From assembly GCA_964435765.1 (NCBI GenBank), contig CAYTBC010000001.1, forward strand, positions 18,547 to 82,546: 64,000 nt of DNA, read 5' to 3'. A program made the position numbers and the translations under genes. Numbering within the stretch: position 1 is the first letter of the stretch; each line of letters opens with the position of its first letter. The notes below the pieces were generated by a model. The model saw nothing but the letters and a program-made list of their open reading frames with translations. It had not been told where the DNA came from and ran no database searches. The stretch comes from an uncultured Desulfosarcina sp. GTDB lineage: Bacteria > Desulfobacterota > Desulfobacteria > Desulfobacterales > JAFDCJ01. This document shows positions 1-9,900 of this stretch, in pieces.

Positions 1-232
1 CAAACGAATTATCCTTGTGCAGTTGAACCCAGCAGCATCATCCCCGGCCAACCTAAGTTCGCAAAGCCATAGAATGCAAATCCAATGATTATTTCGGTCA
101 TTGGATATTGAAATTTGGTATTTGCTTGTAATTTGGTGCTTGAGGTTTGTGGCTTTATTGAGTATATCTCCCAGGTACTAAATCCATCAACAAGTCAGCG
201 AAGCGATTATTCAACCCATCAATAAACGATCT

Positions 233-676
233 ATGCGTGCCGTTATCCAGCGAGTCAAAGAGAGTTCCGTCAAAACCGGCGGCGAAATCATCAGCCATAT
301 CGGCCGAGGTCTTCTGGTGCTGGTGGGGGTCGCCGTCGGAGACGGTCCGCCGGATGCCGAATTCCTGGCGAATAAGATTGCCCATCTCAGAATTTTTGAA
401 GATGACGGCGGCAGGATGAACCGCTCATTGCTGGAAACCGGCGGTGAAATCCTGGTGGTTTCACAGTTCACGCTGCTGGGAGACTGCCGCAAAGGACGCC
501 GGCCTTCGTTTACAGCAGCCGCTGAACCGGCAAAGGCCACCGCGCTTTACGAGCACTTTGTCAAACAGCTGGCCCAAACGGGCGTAATTGTCCAAACCGG
601 ACGTTTCCAGGCCGAAATGGAAGTCGCTCTGGTCAACGACGGCCCGGTAACGCTCATTCTGGAAAGCCGAATTTGA
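233..676 (+). CDS. dtd: D-aminoacyl-tRNA deacylase
   Basis: MRAVIQRV start, VSQFTL and NDGPVT motifs. Confidence 0.97.
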   Translation: MRAVIQRVKESSVKTGGEIISHIGRGLLVLVGVAVGDGPPDAEFLANKIAHLRIFEDDGGRMNRSLLETGGEILVVSQFTLLGDCRKGRRPSFTAAAEPAKATALYEHFVKQLAQTGVIVQTGRFQAEMEVALVNDGPVTLILESRI

Positions 677-713
677 AGTCGGAATTCGGAATGCGGAATT
701 CGGAATAACAAAC

Positions 714-1964
714 GTGTTACCTTTTTCATTCCGCCATAATCTATGGCGCCATCATTTCGGGAGGGTGGCTGCAATATCATTGCTGACGCTAGTGGCACTG
801 GTATTTGAGGGAGCCATCGCCAAAGTCGGCGCATCCGACTGGGAAGATCTAAAGTCGCTTATCGGCCCACAGGACTCTCTGCTGGTTGCAGACCCCTCAG
901 GGCAAATCATTGTTTCCAAAAATGACGATAAAAAACTGGTGCCCGCTTCCATTCTCAAAGTTTTCACCTCGCTGAGCGCCCTGTACTACTTGGGATCGGA
1001 TTATCACTATCAGACCGAATTTTTCCTGGACCAAAATTCAAATTTAAAAATCAAAGGATATGGGGATCCCCTTCTGATATCCGAAATCATCGATGTGATC
1101 TCACGCCTGCTGGCAGCGCTGATCGGCAGCAAGGCAGTCCTTAACGATCTGATTGTGGATGACTCCTATTTTGATCAACCATTGACCATTCCCGGCATCA
1201 GTTCATCATCCCAGCCCTATGATGCCCCCAACGGAGCCTTGTGCGTTAATTTCAACACGGTCTATTTTAAGCGCACCCCATCCGGCTACGCCAGCGCTGA
1301 GGCTCAGACGCCGTTGCTGCCTTATGCCGAACAAAAACTGCACGCATTAAAACCAATAAGCGGCAGAATCGTTTTATCGCGTATTGAAAAGGAAAACACC
1401 ATATACGCCGGCAGACTGTTCCGCTATTTTTTAGAGCGCCACGGGCTTCAATTTGGTGGAACGGTAAAATTGGGCCGCGTAAACTCGTCCGAAGACCAGC
1501 TCATCTATCGGTATGTCTCCCGCAATTCCCTGCCCCAGATTATCGCCAAACTATTGGAGCACTCCAACAATTTCACGACCAATCAGCTGATGATTACCGC
1601 CGGTATCAAAAGGTTTGGTTCACCCGGCAACCTCGAAAAAGGCGTCGCGGCCCTGGTGGACTACGCCGCCAAGGTTTTAAACATCCAGGACATGAGCATC
1701 GTTGAAGGTTCCGGGATAAGTCGCAAGGATCGAATTTCGGCCGCTCAAATGGATCGAATCCTCATCCGCTTCGAACCCCATCACCTGCTGATGCGCCGCC
1801 AAGGCCGGGAGTATTACAAAACCGGCACCCTTTACGGCATCAGCACCCGGGCGGGTTATGTCGAAAGCGGTCATGGCGGCTTCTACCGGTACGTTGCCAT
1901 GTTCAACACCGCCGGCAAATCCACAAAACCCCTGATGCGCAAACTGTTGCAGAGGCTGGAGTGA
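714..1964 (+). CDS. dacB: D-alanyl-D-alanine carboxypeptidase/endopeptidase (PBP4, peptidase S13); exact start uncertain
   Basis: PASILK (SxxK), GYGDP, SNN (SxN), EGSGISR and KTGTL motifs; hydrophobic N-terminus. Confidence 0.9.
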   Translation: MLPFSFRHNLWRHHFGRVAAISLLTLVALVFEGAIAKVGASDWEDLKSLIGPQDSLLVADPSGQIIVSKNDDKKLVPASILKVFTSLSALYYLGSDYHYQTEFFLDQNSNLKIKGYGDPLLISEIIDVISRLLAALIGSKAVLNDLIVDDSYFDQPLTIPGISSSSQPYDAPNGALCVNFNTVYFKRTPSGYASAEAQTPLLPYAEQKLHALKPISGRIVLSRIEKENTIYAGRLFRYFLERHGLQFGGTVKLGRVNSSEDQLIYRYVSRNSLPQIIAKLLEHSNNFTTNQLMITAGIKRFGSPGNLEKGVAALVDYAAKVLNIQDMSIVEGSGISRKDRISAAQMDRILIRFEPHHLLMRRQGREYYKTGTLYGISTRAGYVESGHGGFYRYVAMFNTAGKSTKPLMRKLLQRLE

Positions 1965-2064
1965 TAGTTTGGAATGAGGAATTAAGGTGTTCTTCTCAAT
2001 TGAATATTGAAGATTGCAGATTGAAAATTTGCAGAATCGCTGCGCTCTATCTAAATGAAAAAGC

Positions 2065-2227
2065 GATGAGTGCTGAGGACTGAACCTGTGGCTATTTCAG
2101 TCGTTCGAATTTTCATTAACTCAGTCCTCAGTCCTCGTTACTCAGTCCTAATGAGTATCCTTCTTTCGACATTCGAAATTCAGTATTCGTTATTCGATAT
2201 TTATCCGCCTTGGGTGGATTCGCTTTT
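2065..2227. repeat. Intergenic composite repeat, copy 1: GAGGACT/AGTCCTC arms plus TTCG heptamer tract
   Basis: Arms 2065-2083 and 2121-2149 are exact reverse complements of arms at 15574-15665 and closely match 63791-63885. Confidence 0.85.
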
Positions 2228-2243
2228 TGATAAAGCCTTGGGG

Positions 2244-3014
2244 CTATCCGGAGGTGATGCTGGCGAAGGCACTGTGATTGTGGATGGACTCGAAATTCTC
2301 GGCGCTGACTGAAAACCAGGTGATGTTGTCGTCCGCTCGCAGTTTTTTGGCAATATCGCGCACGATGTCTTCGACAAACTTGGGGTTGGCGAAGGCTTTT
2401 TCCGTGACCCGCTTCTCGTCAATCCGCTTCAGAACAGAGAAGACATCACTGGATGCCGAGGCCTCCACCAGTTCGATCATGTCTTCCATCCAGATAAACT
2501 TTTTAAAGCGGGTGCTCAGACGCACCTCACCGCGCTGGTTGTGGGCGCCGAAGTCGCTGATCTCCATGGAACACGGACAAACCGAGGAGATGGGAACGAC
2601 GACTTCTGAAACGAGGTCAACCTTGCCGAACGGGTCGCTGGTTCCAATAATGCTGCAAGTGTAGTCCATGAGGCCGGGAGATGCGCTGACCGGCGCTTTT
2701 TTCTCGATGAAATACGGGAAAGTCATTTCGAGATGGGCCGATGCCGCCTTTAAATGCTGCTTCATGTTTTCAAGGATCATCGAAAATTTCTTCAGCGAGA
2801 CTTCCGGTCCCAGCAGATGGAGCAACTCAACGAAGCGGCTCATGTGCGTGCCCTTGTTATTGTGGGGCAAATCCACATACATATTGACAGCCGCAACCGT
2901 ATGCTGAGAACCATCCCGCCGATCACGCACGGTAATGGGATAGCGCAGATTTTTTATCCCGACTTTATCGATGGGAATATTTCGGAAATCAGGCTGACTC
3001 TGGACATCCTTCAT
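2244..3014 (-). CDS. folE2: GTP cyclohydrolase FolE2 (type IB)
   Basis: GTHMSRF, CPCS, HNQR, ESIHNH motifs. Confidence 0.96.
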   Translation of the reverse strand: MKDVQSQPDFRNIPIDKVGIKNLRYPITVRDRRDGSQHTVAAVNMYVDLPHNNKGTHMSRFVELLHLLGPEVSLKKFSMILENMKQHLKAASAHLEMTFPYFIEKKAPVSASPGLMDYTCSIIGTSDPFGKVDLVSEVVVPISSVCPCSMEISDFGAHNQRGEVRLSTRFKKFIWMEDMIELVEASASSDVFSVLKRIDEKRVTEKAFANPKFVEDIVRDIAKKLRADDNITWFSVSAENFESIHNHSAFASITSG

Positions 3015-3018
3015 AATA

Positions 3019-3750
3019 TTATTTCAAAAGGTAATCGGGTTTAACATGACTCATGGCCCGAAAGATATTTCCCTTAACCTTCTTATTGCTGCGATATAGT
3101 TGATTGAGCAGATCTTTAATTTCCCGACGTTTTGACGTTCGGGCCGTCGGACAGGGATTTTCAAAATCCGGAAATTGCCGGCTCCTGGCAAAGCGCCGGA
3201 TCAGGTCGGAATCGGCGAATGCCAATGGCCTGATGAGCGTAAGCCTTTGTTGAAAAAAAGACTGGGCCGGCATCATCGTGCTGATTTCCCCCGCGTAACA
3301 CATATTCATAAAAAGGGTCTCGATGATGTCATCCTGATTGTGGCCCAAGGCCAACTTGCTGCAACCCAATTTTTCCGCAATTTCGAACAGTCGCTTGCGG
3401 CGAAGTCTGGAACACAGAAAACAGGGGTTTTCCCGGTTGGCGGCACTGTGTCCCAAAACACCGTAATCCGTGTATTCAACCCTTAGCGTAAATCCGAGTT
3501 TTTCACAATAGGCTTGCAGCGGCTCGGCAACACTGTCCTCAAAGCCGGGATCAATGAAAACGGCAAACAAATCATACTCGATGGGAATTCGAGCCTGACG
3601 CTCCTGCAAAAGCCACATCAGGGAAAGGCTGTCCGCACCGCCTGAAACTCCCACCAGGATGCGATCGCCGTCCGCTATCATCTGATAGTGATGCAGCGCC
3701 TTGCCCACTGCCCTGTTCAAGGCTTTGTATGTGTTACCTCGAATTGACAA
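3019..3750 (-). CDS. ttcA: tRNA 2-thiocytidine biosynthesis protein (PP-loop ATPase)
   Basis: SGGADS PP-loop, PCFLCSRLRR, GHNQDD, IRPL; TTG start. Confidence 0.9.
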   Translation of the reverse strand: MSIRGNTYKALNRAVGKALHHYQMIADGDRILVGVSGGADSLSLMWLLQERQARIPIEYDLFAVFIDPGFEDSVAEPLQAYCEKLGFTLRVEYTDYGVLGHSAANRENPCFLCSRLRRKRLFEIAEKLGCSKLALGHNQDDIIETLFMNMCYAGEISTMMPAQSFFQQRLTLIRPLAFADSDLIRRFARSRQFPDFENPCPTARTSKRREIKDLLNQLYRSNKKVKGNIFRAMSHVKPDYLLK

Positions 3751-3873
3751 AAAAAATCATTTGTCTGAATTTTTAACAGCAACCCTTGCTTCGGATAAAC
3801 TGCGGATATAAACGCTTATTCATTGTTGGCTAAAATACGTTCAAAATTCAGGTATTAGCTGTTGGTCCGGTTT

Positions 3874-4080
3874 TTATTCTGTTTCGAGAGTGGCCTCCTT
3901 GGTTGTAACCTTGCCGGCGGCAACTTCTCGGAGCGAAATCACAATGTCTTCATTTTTCGGTGAGCTGACAAGATAATCCGATCCTTCACGGATCTGTCGC
4001 ACCCGTCGGGCGACCATGTTGACCAGTAAAAATCGGTTATCTACTTTTCTCAGACAATCTTCAATCGTAATACGCGCCAC
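3874..4080 (-). CDS. rpoZ: RNA polymerase omega subunit
   Basis: MARITIEDCL..NRFLLV signature; GTG start with GGAGG RBS. Confidence 0.96.
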   Translation of the reverse strand: MARITIEDCLRKVDNRFLLVNMVARRVRQIREGSDYLVSSPKNEDIVISLREVAAGKVTTKEATLETE

Positions 4081-4121
4081 GGAAAACCTCCAATTATATT
4101 GATAATATTTAAAGCTGTGAT

Positions 4122-4589
4122 TTATAAAATTTCCAACAATTCATAAACACGCCGGCCTCCAGGCACCTGGAGCGTCAACTCATCGCCCGGCTTTTTTCCC
4201 AGAATGGCTTTGCCGAGAGGCGAAGAGATGGAAATCCGTCCCTTCTCGATGTCGGATTCATCCGGGCCGACCAACTGGTACTCAACGTCTTCGCCGGTGT
4301 CGACGTTTTCAAGCAGAACCTTACTGCCGAATACCGCTTTATCTTTGGTCAGCCTGTCCGGAATGATGACATCGGCGTTGGCCAGTTTGAACTGCAATTC
4401 CCGGATGCGTCCTTCAATAAAACTCTGGCGATCCTTGGCGGCGGCAAACTCCGCATTTTCGCTGAGATCACCGTGGGCGCGAGCTTCCTCAATCGCCTTG
4501 ATATTCTCCGGGCGCTTAAATCTTTTCAGGTTCTCCAGCTCTTTTTTTAGAGCTTCATAGCCTTCTTGGGTAACCGGTATCCTTTCCAA
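4122..4589 (-). CDS. greA: Transcription elongation factor GreA
   Basis: HGDLSENAEF, ISISSPLGKA motifs; start moved to TTG at 4589 behind a GGAG RBS. Confidence 0.95.
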   Translation of the reverse strand: MERIPVTQEGYEALKKELENLKRFKRPENIKAIEEARAHGDLSENAEFAAAKDRQSFIEGRIRELQFKLANADVIIPDRLTKDKAVFGSKVLLENVDTGEDVEYQLVGPDESDIEKGRISISSPLGKAILGKKPGDELTLQVPGGRRVYELLEIL

Positions 4590-4690
4590 AATGAATGCTC
4601 CTAATCTATGTATTCCAACATTGAAAACCTGGTCTTTGGGACCAGGATTCTTTACAAATGATCCCTCTTTTAAATTTTGAAACGCCCAAT

Positions 4691-5716
4691 TTAGGATAGA
4701 TATTGCTCTGCCAGCAGCTGGGCGATCTGCACCGCATTGGTTGCCGCCCCTTTGCGAATATTGTCGGCAACGATCCACATGTTGATTCCGTTGGCAATCG
4801 ACTCGTCGTCGCGAATTCTGCCCACCAGCGTTAAATCCTGTCCGGCTGCCGCCGTCGCAAGGGGATAGAGGTTGTGCTCCGGATCATCAACCACTTTAAT
4901 CCCAGGTGAGTTTTCAAGCAGAGATTTGACTTCCTGAGCGGAAACGGGCTCCCGGGTTTCCACATTGACAGATTCAGAGTGACTATAAAATACCGGCACC
5001 CGCACCGTGGTCGCGGTAACACCGATGGAATCATCTTCTAATATTTTGCGGGTTTCATTGACCATCTTCATCTCTTCTTTGGTATATCCGTTTTTTAAAA
5101 ATACGTCGATATGCGGCAGACAATTAAATGCAATGCGATGCGGATAGACCTTTTTTTCCCAGTCCAGAAAGTTAATCAAGGACCGGGTCTGGTCAAATAA
5201 TTCATCAATGGCTTTTTTGCCGGTACCGGACACCGCCTGATAGGTGGACACCACAATTCTTTTGATTCCGTATTTTTTTTGGATGGGATTCAGGGCAACG
5301 ACCATCTGAATGGTCGAACAATTTGGATTGGCGATAATTCCCTTTTTCGTATATTGGGCAATGGCTTGCGGATTTACCTCAGGGACGACCAGCGGAACAT
5401 CGGGGTCCATCCGCCAGGCACTGGAGTTGTCCACCACGACGCAGCCGTCTTTGGCGGCATGCGGGGCAAATTTTTCACTGGTGCCGCCGCCGGCTGAAAA
5501 TAAGGCGATATCCACGCCTTTAAACGAGTCTTCTTTGAGTTCTTCCACCGCGATCAAGTCGCCTTTAAATCGCATTTTTCTTCCCACCGAACGGGCGGAG
5601 GCTAAAAATTTGATGGATTGAACCGGAAAATCGGCTTCCTCCAGGCACTTGATCATTTGGTTGCCCACTGCCCCGGTTGCACCGGCCACGGCAACGTTGA
5701 ATTTTTTTCCAGACAC
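4691..5716 (-). CDS. asd: Aspartate-semialdehyde dehydrogenase
   Basis: GATGAVG, ANPNCST, DNIRKGAATN; probable GTG start at 5716. Confidence 0.97.
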   Translation of the reverse strand: MSGKKFNVAVAGATGAVGNQMIKCLEEADFPVQSIKFLASARSVGRKMRFKGDLIAVEELKEDSFKGVDIALFSAGGGTSEKFAPHAAKDGCVVVDNSSAWRMDPDVPLVVPEVNPQAIAQYTKKGIIANPNCSTIQMVVALNPIQKKYGIKRIVVSTYQAVSGTGKKAIDELFDQTRSLINFLDWEKKVYPHRIAFNCLPHIDVFLKNGYTKEEMKMVNETRKILEDDSIGVTATTVRVPVFYSHSESVNVETREPVSAQEVKSLLENSPGIKVVDDPEHNLYPLATAAAGQDLTLVGRIRDDESIANGINMWIVADNIRKGAATNAVQIAQLLAEQYLS

Positions 5717-5793
5717 GTTGTTCACCCCCCTATGCAAATTTTAATAAATGACGCCAGCGATCCAATTGGGGTAAAACCTAACATATTCAATCT

Positions 5794-6471
5794 TCAATCA
5801 TTTTCAAACCGGCCTAATACGGATTCGCCCGCCTTAACTTTTTCGCCCACCGCCACTTTGAGTTTTATCTCCGCCGGCAGATAGACATCAAGCCGCGAGC
5901 CGAAGCAGATAAGGCCGAAACGCTGCCCCCGAATGACTTTATCCCCCGGCTGCAGGTTACAGATAATTCGTCTGGCAATCAGTCCGGCAATCTGAACCAC
6001 GCCTAATAGTTTTCCGTTCCCCATTTCAATCAAGACGGCATTGTGTTCGTTCTCCGAAGAAGCCTTATCGAGGTTGGCGGAAAAAAATTTGCCGGGGTAA
6101 TATTTTATTTCTTTGACCTGTCCATCAAATGGCACCCGGTTGACATGCACATTAAACACCGACATGAAAATGCTGATCTTCATGGCCGGCCCGGTATAAA
6201 ACGGGCTGTTATCCACGGGGCTGGCCGCAACCACCTTCCCATCTGCGGGGGATACCAGGACACCCTGCTTGTCGGGGCTGACCCGATCCGGGTCCCGGAA
6301 AAATCCGCAGATGGCAAAGGTCACCACCAGACATATCAGGGTCAAGGTGGTAAGACCCAATAAGGCCAACACAAAAGTAGTGAAGGCCGCGCAAATAATA
6401 AACGGATAGCCGGCTTTTGCCACTGGAAATGCGGTAGGGCTACCCGGATCAGGTCTGATAAAATTATCCAT
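5794..6471 (-). CDS. psd: Phosphatidylserine decarboxylase proenzyme
   Basis: FFRDPDR, SPADG, FNVHVNR and FGSR cleavage motif. Confidence 0.95.
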   Translation of the reverse strand: MDNFIRPDPGSPTAFPVAKAGYPFIICAAFTTFVLALLGLTTLTLICLVVTFAICGFFRDPDRVSPDKQGVLVSPADGKVVAASPVDNSPFYTGPAMKISIFMSVFNVHVNRVPFDGQVKEIKYYPGKFFSANLDKASSENEHNAVLIEMGNGKLLGVVQIAGLIARRIICNLQPGDKVIRGQRFGLICFGSRLDVYLPAEIKLKVAVGEKVKAGESVLGRFEND

Positions 6472-6596
6472 CTAAATGCCGGTGATTGAATTTAAACGAA
6501 AAAACACGGAATCTTGGAAGACAGCTGTTTCGTTAAAAATTTTTGAATAGCATCATTGCTCAGGCTTGTCAAGGAAGACCATAAAATTTCAGGACA

Positions 6597-7286
6597 TTAT
6601 GCCGCGCCTCCGATGTTAAGCACGGCATCGGATTTTCGAATATAATGCGGTACCAGCAAGTCGACATCATCGGTTTGATTTTGCTGAAACCTTCCCAGAC
6701 TCAACCAGGCAACCGTTGAGGCCCGGATGGTGTGCTGTCCCTGGGCGGCAAATTGAGCCAGCCTTCCCAGCATGGAAACTATTTTCTCTTGATACAGGCT
6801 GGCGCCGTTGCCCACAAATACAGACATTTCATTTATATCACGCACGGCTTCAACCGGTGTTGCCACCCGTTCGCCGCCTTCGGCCTTCATTTGACCGTTG
6901 TGAAAACGGTAGCGGCCAAAATATACTTCTTTTTTGCGGGCATCAATTACCGGGCAAATCAGGTAGGGGCTTGGGTTGCATTGCCAGGCCAGGGCCGCCA
7001 GACTCGATATACCCACCACCGGTTTTCGCAGGGAAAAGGCCAACCCTTTGACGGAGCTGATACCGATTCTCAATCCGGTAAAAGACCCGGGACCGATGGA
7101 TACGGCAAATCCGTCTAATTGCTCGGCTTTCAGTCCGGCCAAGCCTATAGCGGTTGAAACCATGCTCAACAAATGCCGGGAGTGAGTCTGAGCGACGACC
7201 GTGGTTAATTCCGCCAGCAACGATTCCCCTTCGATCACCGCAACGCTGCAACTGGCGGTGGCCGTATCCAGAGCCAAAATTCTCAT
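6597..7286 (-). CDS. tsaB: tRNA threonylcarbamoyladenosine biosynthesis protein TsaB
   Basis: LALDTAT, GPGSFTGLRIG, DARKKEVY. Confidence 0.96.
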   Translation of the reverse strand: MRILALDTATASCSVAVIEGESLLAELTTVVAQTHSRHLLSMVSTAIGLAGLKAEQLDGFAVSIGPGSFTGLRIGISSVKGLAFSLRKPVVGISSLAALAWQCNPSPYLICPVIDARKKEVYFGRYRFHNGQMKAEGGERVATPVEAVRDINEMSVFVGNGASLYQEKIVSMLGRLAQFAAQGQHTIRASTVAWLSLGRFQQNQTDDVDLLVPHYIRKSDAVLNIGGAA

Positions 7287-7304
7287 TTCACCAAAACTTG
7301 CAAA

Positions 7305-9677
7305 TCAATTGATCAGCGAATGGTGCAAAACCTGCTCCATGTTCCGCACGGGTATAAATTTAATTTTGCGCTTCACCTTCGAGGGTATCTCGGTCAAATC
7401 TTTTTTATTCTTTTCAGGGATTATAATCTTTTTAATCCCGGAACGCAGGGCGCCCAGTGATTTTTCTTTTAACCCGCCGATCGGTAGAACTCGACCCCTT
7501 AACGTGACTTCACCGGTCATAGCGACATCATTGCGAACCCGCCGGTTGGTTAAAGCTGAAATCAGGGCAGTCGCCATGGCAATACCGGCCGAAGGGCCAT
7601 CCTTGGGAATCGCTCCGGCGGGCACATGAATATGAATATCCACATTTTCGAAATCCTTCTTTTTAATTTCGAGTGAACGCAGGTTGGCCCTGGTGTAAGT
7701 GACCGCTGCCCGGGCCGATTCCTGCATGATCTCGCCCAACTGCCCGGTGACAATCAACTCGCCCTTGCCCCCTATCAGCGATGCTTCGACATAGAGCACT
7801 TCACCGCCGACCTGGGTCCAGGCCAAACCGGTTGCCAAACCCACCTGGCTCTTTTCCTGATCCATTTCGGGAATATACTTGGCGACACCGAGAAACTTAT
7901 GCAGATTGCCCTTGGTGATCTTGAAAGTCTTGTTGCGGCCCTCCGCTATTTGGCGTGCCGCTTTGCGGCAGATGCTGCTGATTTCACGCTCAAGATTTCT
8001 CAGGCCGGCTTCGGACGTGTATTCGGAGATGATTTGCGCCAAAGCCCCTTCGCTGACCGACAGTGTTTGGAGTTTCAAGCCGTTTTCTTTGATCTGACGG
8101 GGAATCAGATGCCTGAGGGCAATGGTCATTTTTTCTTCTTCGGTGTAGCCGGACAGGTGGATGATTTCCATTCGATCCAGCAGCGCTGATGGGATGGTAT
8201 CGGTTGCATTGGCAGTCAGAATGAACATGACCCTTGACAGGTTAAACGGCACATTGAGAAAATGATCGCTAAACTCCGAGTTTTGCTCCGGGTCCAGCGC
8301 TTCCAATAGCGCTGATGACGGATCTCCCCTGAAATCCGAGCCCAGCTTGTCGATTTCATCCATCATAAAGACCGGGTTGTTGGTACTACATTGCTTCATG
8401 CCCTGCAAGATACGACCCGGCAGAGCTCCGATATAGGTGCGGCGGTGTCCCCGTATTTCGGCTTCATCCCGAATACCTCCCAGAGAAATACGGATGAATT
8501 TGCGTTTCATGGCTCGGGCAATTGACTGGCCCAAGGATGTTTTTCCAACGCCGGGAGGTCCCACAAAACAAAGGATCGGACCTTTCATCTTCGGATTGAG
8601 TTTGCGAACACTCAAATATTCCAGAATACGATTTTTGACTTGATCGAGTCCGTAGTGATCCTTGTCCAGAACCTTCTTGGCTCTTTTTACGTCGATCACA
8701 TCTTTCGACGACCGACTCCAGGGCATTTCCAACAGCCAGTCCAGGTAGGATCGAACAACGGTGGATTCCGCCGAATCCGGATGCATTTTCTCAAGGCGTT
8801 TTAATTGGTTGGCAGCTTCCTGGTCCGCCTCCTTCGGCATCCTGGCTTGCTTGATTTTTTTTCTATACTCATCCAACTCTTGAATGCTGTCATCCTGTTC
8901 CCCCAGTTCCCTGTAAATAGCACGCACCTGTTCCCGCAGAAAATAGTCCCGCTGGCTCTTGGATATCTCATCCTTAACTTCGGATTGAATTTTGGCCTGC
9001 ATGGTTGAAAGCTGGACCTCGTGGGCAAGCAAATCATTAACCATTTTCAAACGGTCTATGGGAGCAACAATTTCAAGCAGTTTGATGGAGTCCTCAATTT
9101 TTAGTCTCAGATTTGAAGCCACGAGGTCTGCCAATTTACCCGGGTCTTCGACACTTTGCAGGATGGTAATGATATCACCGGTCATTTCGCCGCGCAGGAC
9201 GAGAATTTTTTCGCAATGCTCGCGAACATTGCGCATCAGCGCCTCTATTTCAAGGTTGATTTCATCGATCGGAAGTTCCTGCAAAATCTCAAGCTTCACA
9301 CGATACAGCGACCGTTTGCGGGTATATTGTACGATTTTGGCCTTGGCAAACCCTTGAACCAGAACTTTAACGTTGCCGTCGGGCAATTTCAGCATCCGCA
9401 GCACACGGCTGACCGTCCCGGTGCTGAATATCTCATCCGTGTTGGGATTTTCGATCCCCGGATCCTTCTGGGTGGCCAAAAACAGGTAGCCGTCTTTGGC
9501 GACAGCCTCTTCGACTGCCCGCACGGATTTCTCGCGTCCAACGAAAAGGGGCAGCACCATGTCCGGAAAAACAACCACATCGCGGACCGGCAGTAAAGGG
9601 AGTATCCCCGGTATTTCCGCATCGGTGTTATCATCTTCAATTATACTGATTAGATCATCTCTATCGGCTTCAGCCAT
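7305..9677 (-). CDS. lon: ATP-dependent protease La
   Basis: LPLLPVRD N-domain, GPPGVGKTS Walker A, KDGPSAG catalytic Ser; start at 9677 with AGGAG RBS. Confidence 0.97.
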   Translation of the reverse strand: MAEADRDDLISIIEDDNTDAEIPGILPLLPVRDVVVFPDMVLPLFVGREKSVRAVEEAVAKDGYLFLATQKDPGIENPNTDEIFSTGTVSRVLRMLKLPDGNVKVLVQGFAKAKIVQYTRKRSLYRVKLEILQELPIDEINLEIEALMRNVREHCEKILVLRGEMTGDIITILQSVEDPGKLADLVASNLRLKIEDSIKLLEIVAPIDRLKMVNDLLAHEVQLSTMQAKIQSEVKDEISKSQRDYFLREQVRAIYRELGEQDDSIQELDEYRKKIKQARMPKEADQEAANQLKRLEKMHPDSAESTVVRSYLDWLLEMPWSRSSKDVIDVKRAKKVLDKDHYGLDQVKNRILEYLSVRKLNPKMKGPILCFVGPPGVGKTSLGQSIARAMKRKFIRISLGGIRDEAEIRGHRRTYIGALPGRILQGMKQCSTNNPVFMMDEIDKLGSDFRGDPSSALLEALDPEQNSEFSDHFLNVPFNLSRVMFILTANATDTIPSALLDRMEIIHLSGYTEEEKMTIALRHLIPRQIKENGLKLQTLSVSEGALAQIISEYTSEAGLRNLEREISSICRKAARQIAEGRNKTFKITKGNLHKFLGVAKYIPEMDQEKSQVGLATGLAWTQVGGEVLYVEASLIGGKGELIVTGQLGEIMQESARAAVTYTRANLRSLEIKKKDFENVDIHIHVPAGAIPKDGPSAGIAMATALISALTNRRVRNDVAMTGEVTLRGRVLPIGGLKEKSLGALRSGIKKIIIPEKNKKDLTEIPSKVKRKIKFIPVRNMEQVLHHSLIN

Positions 9678-9900
9678 CTTCGCTCCTAAAATATTCTTCG
9701 GTAAGTTAAAGCATCCCACTACAAGGCTAACCCAATATGATAATGCAATATTTTTTTTTTACAATATCCCTTTGTTTTTTTTGTGAAACATGTAAAAATA
9801 AAATCAAACGAATCGAATCGTGTCCCTGTGAATCCGGTTTTGACCCGGCCCCGGCAAGGACTCTGTTATCGATGGTGAAAAAAAGCACCAAGGAAAATTC

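Noticed and set aside
1-72. Possible 3' end of an upstream gene (QTNYPCAVEP...KP*)
   Set aside because: Too short to identify or to fix the reading frame.
2070-2312. 80-aa ORF across the dacB-folE2 gap
   Set aside because: Translation of the repeat element; overlaps folE2 antisense.
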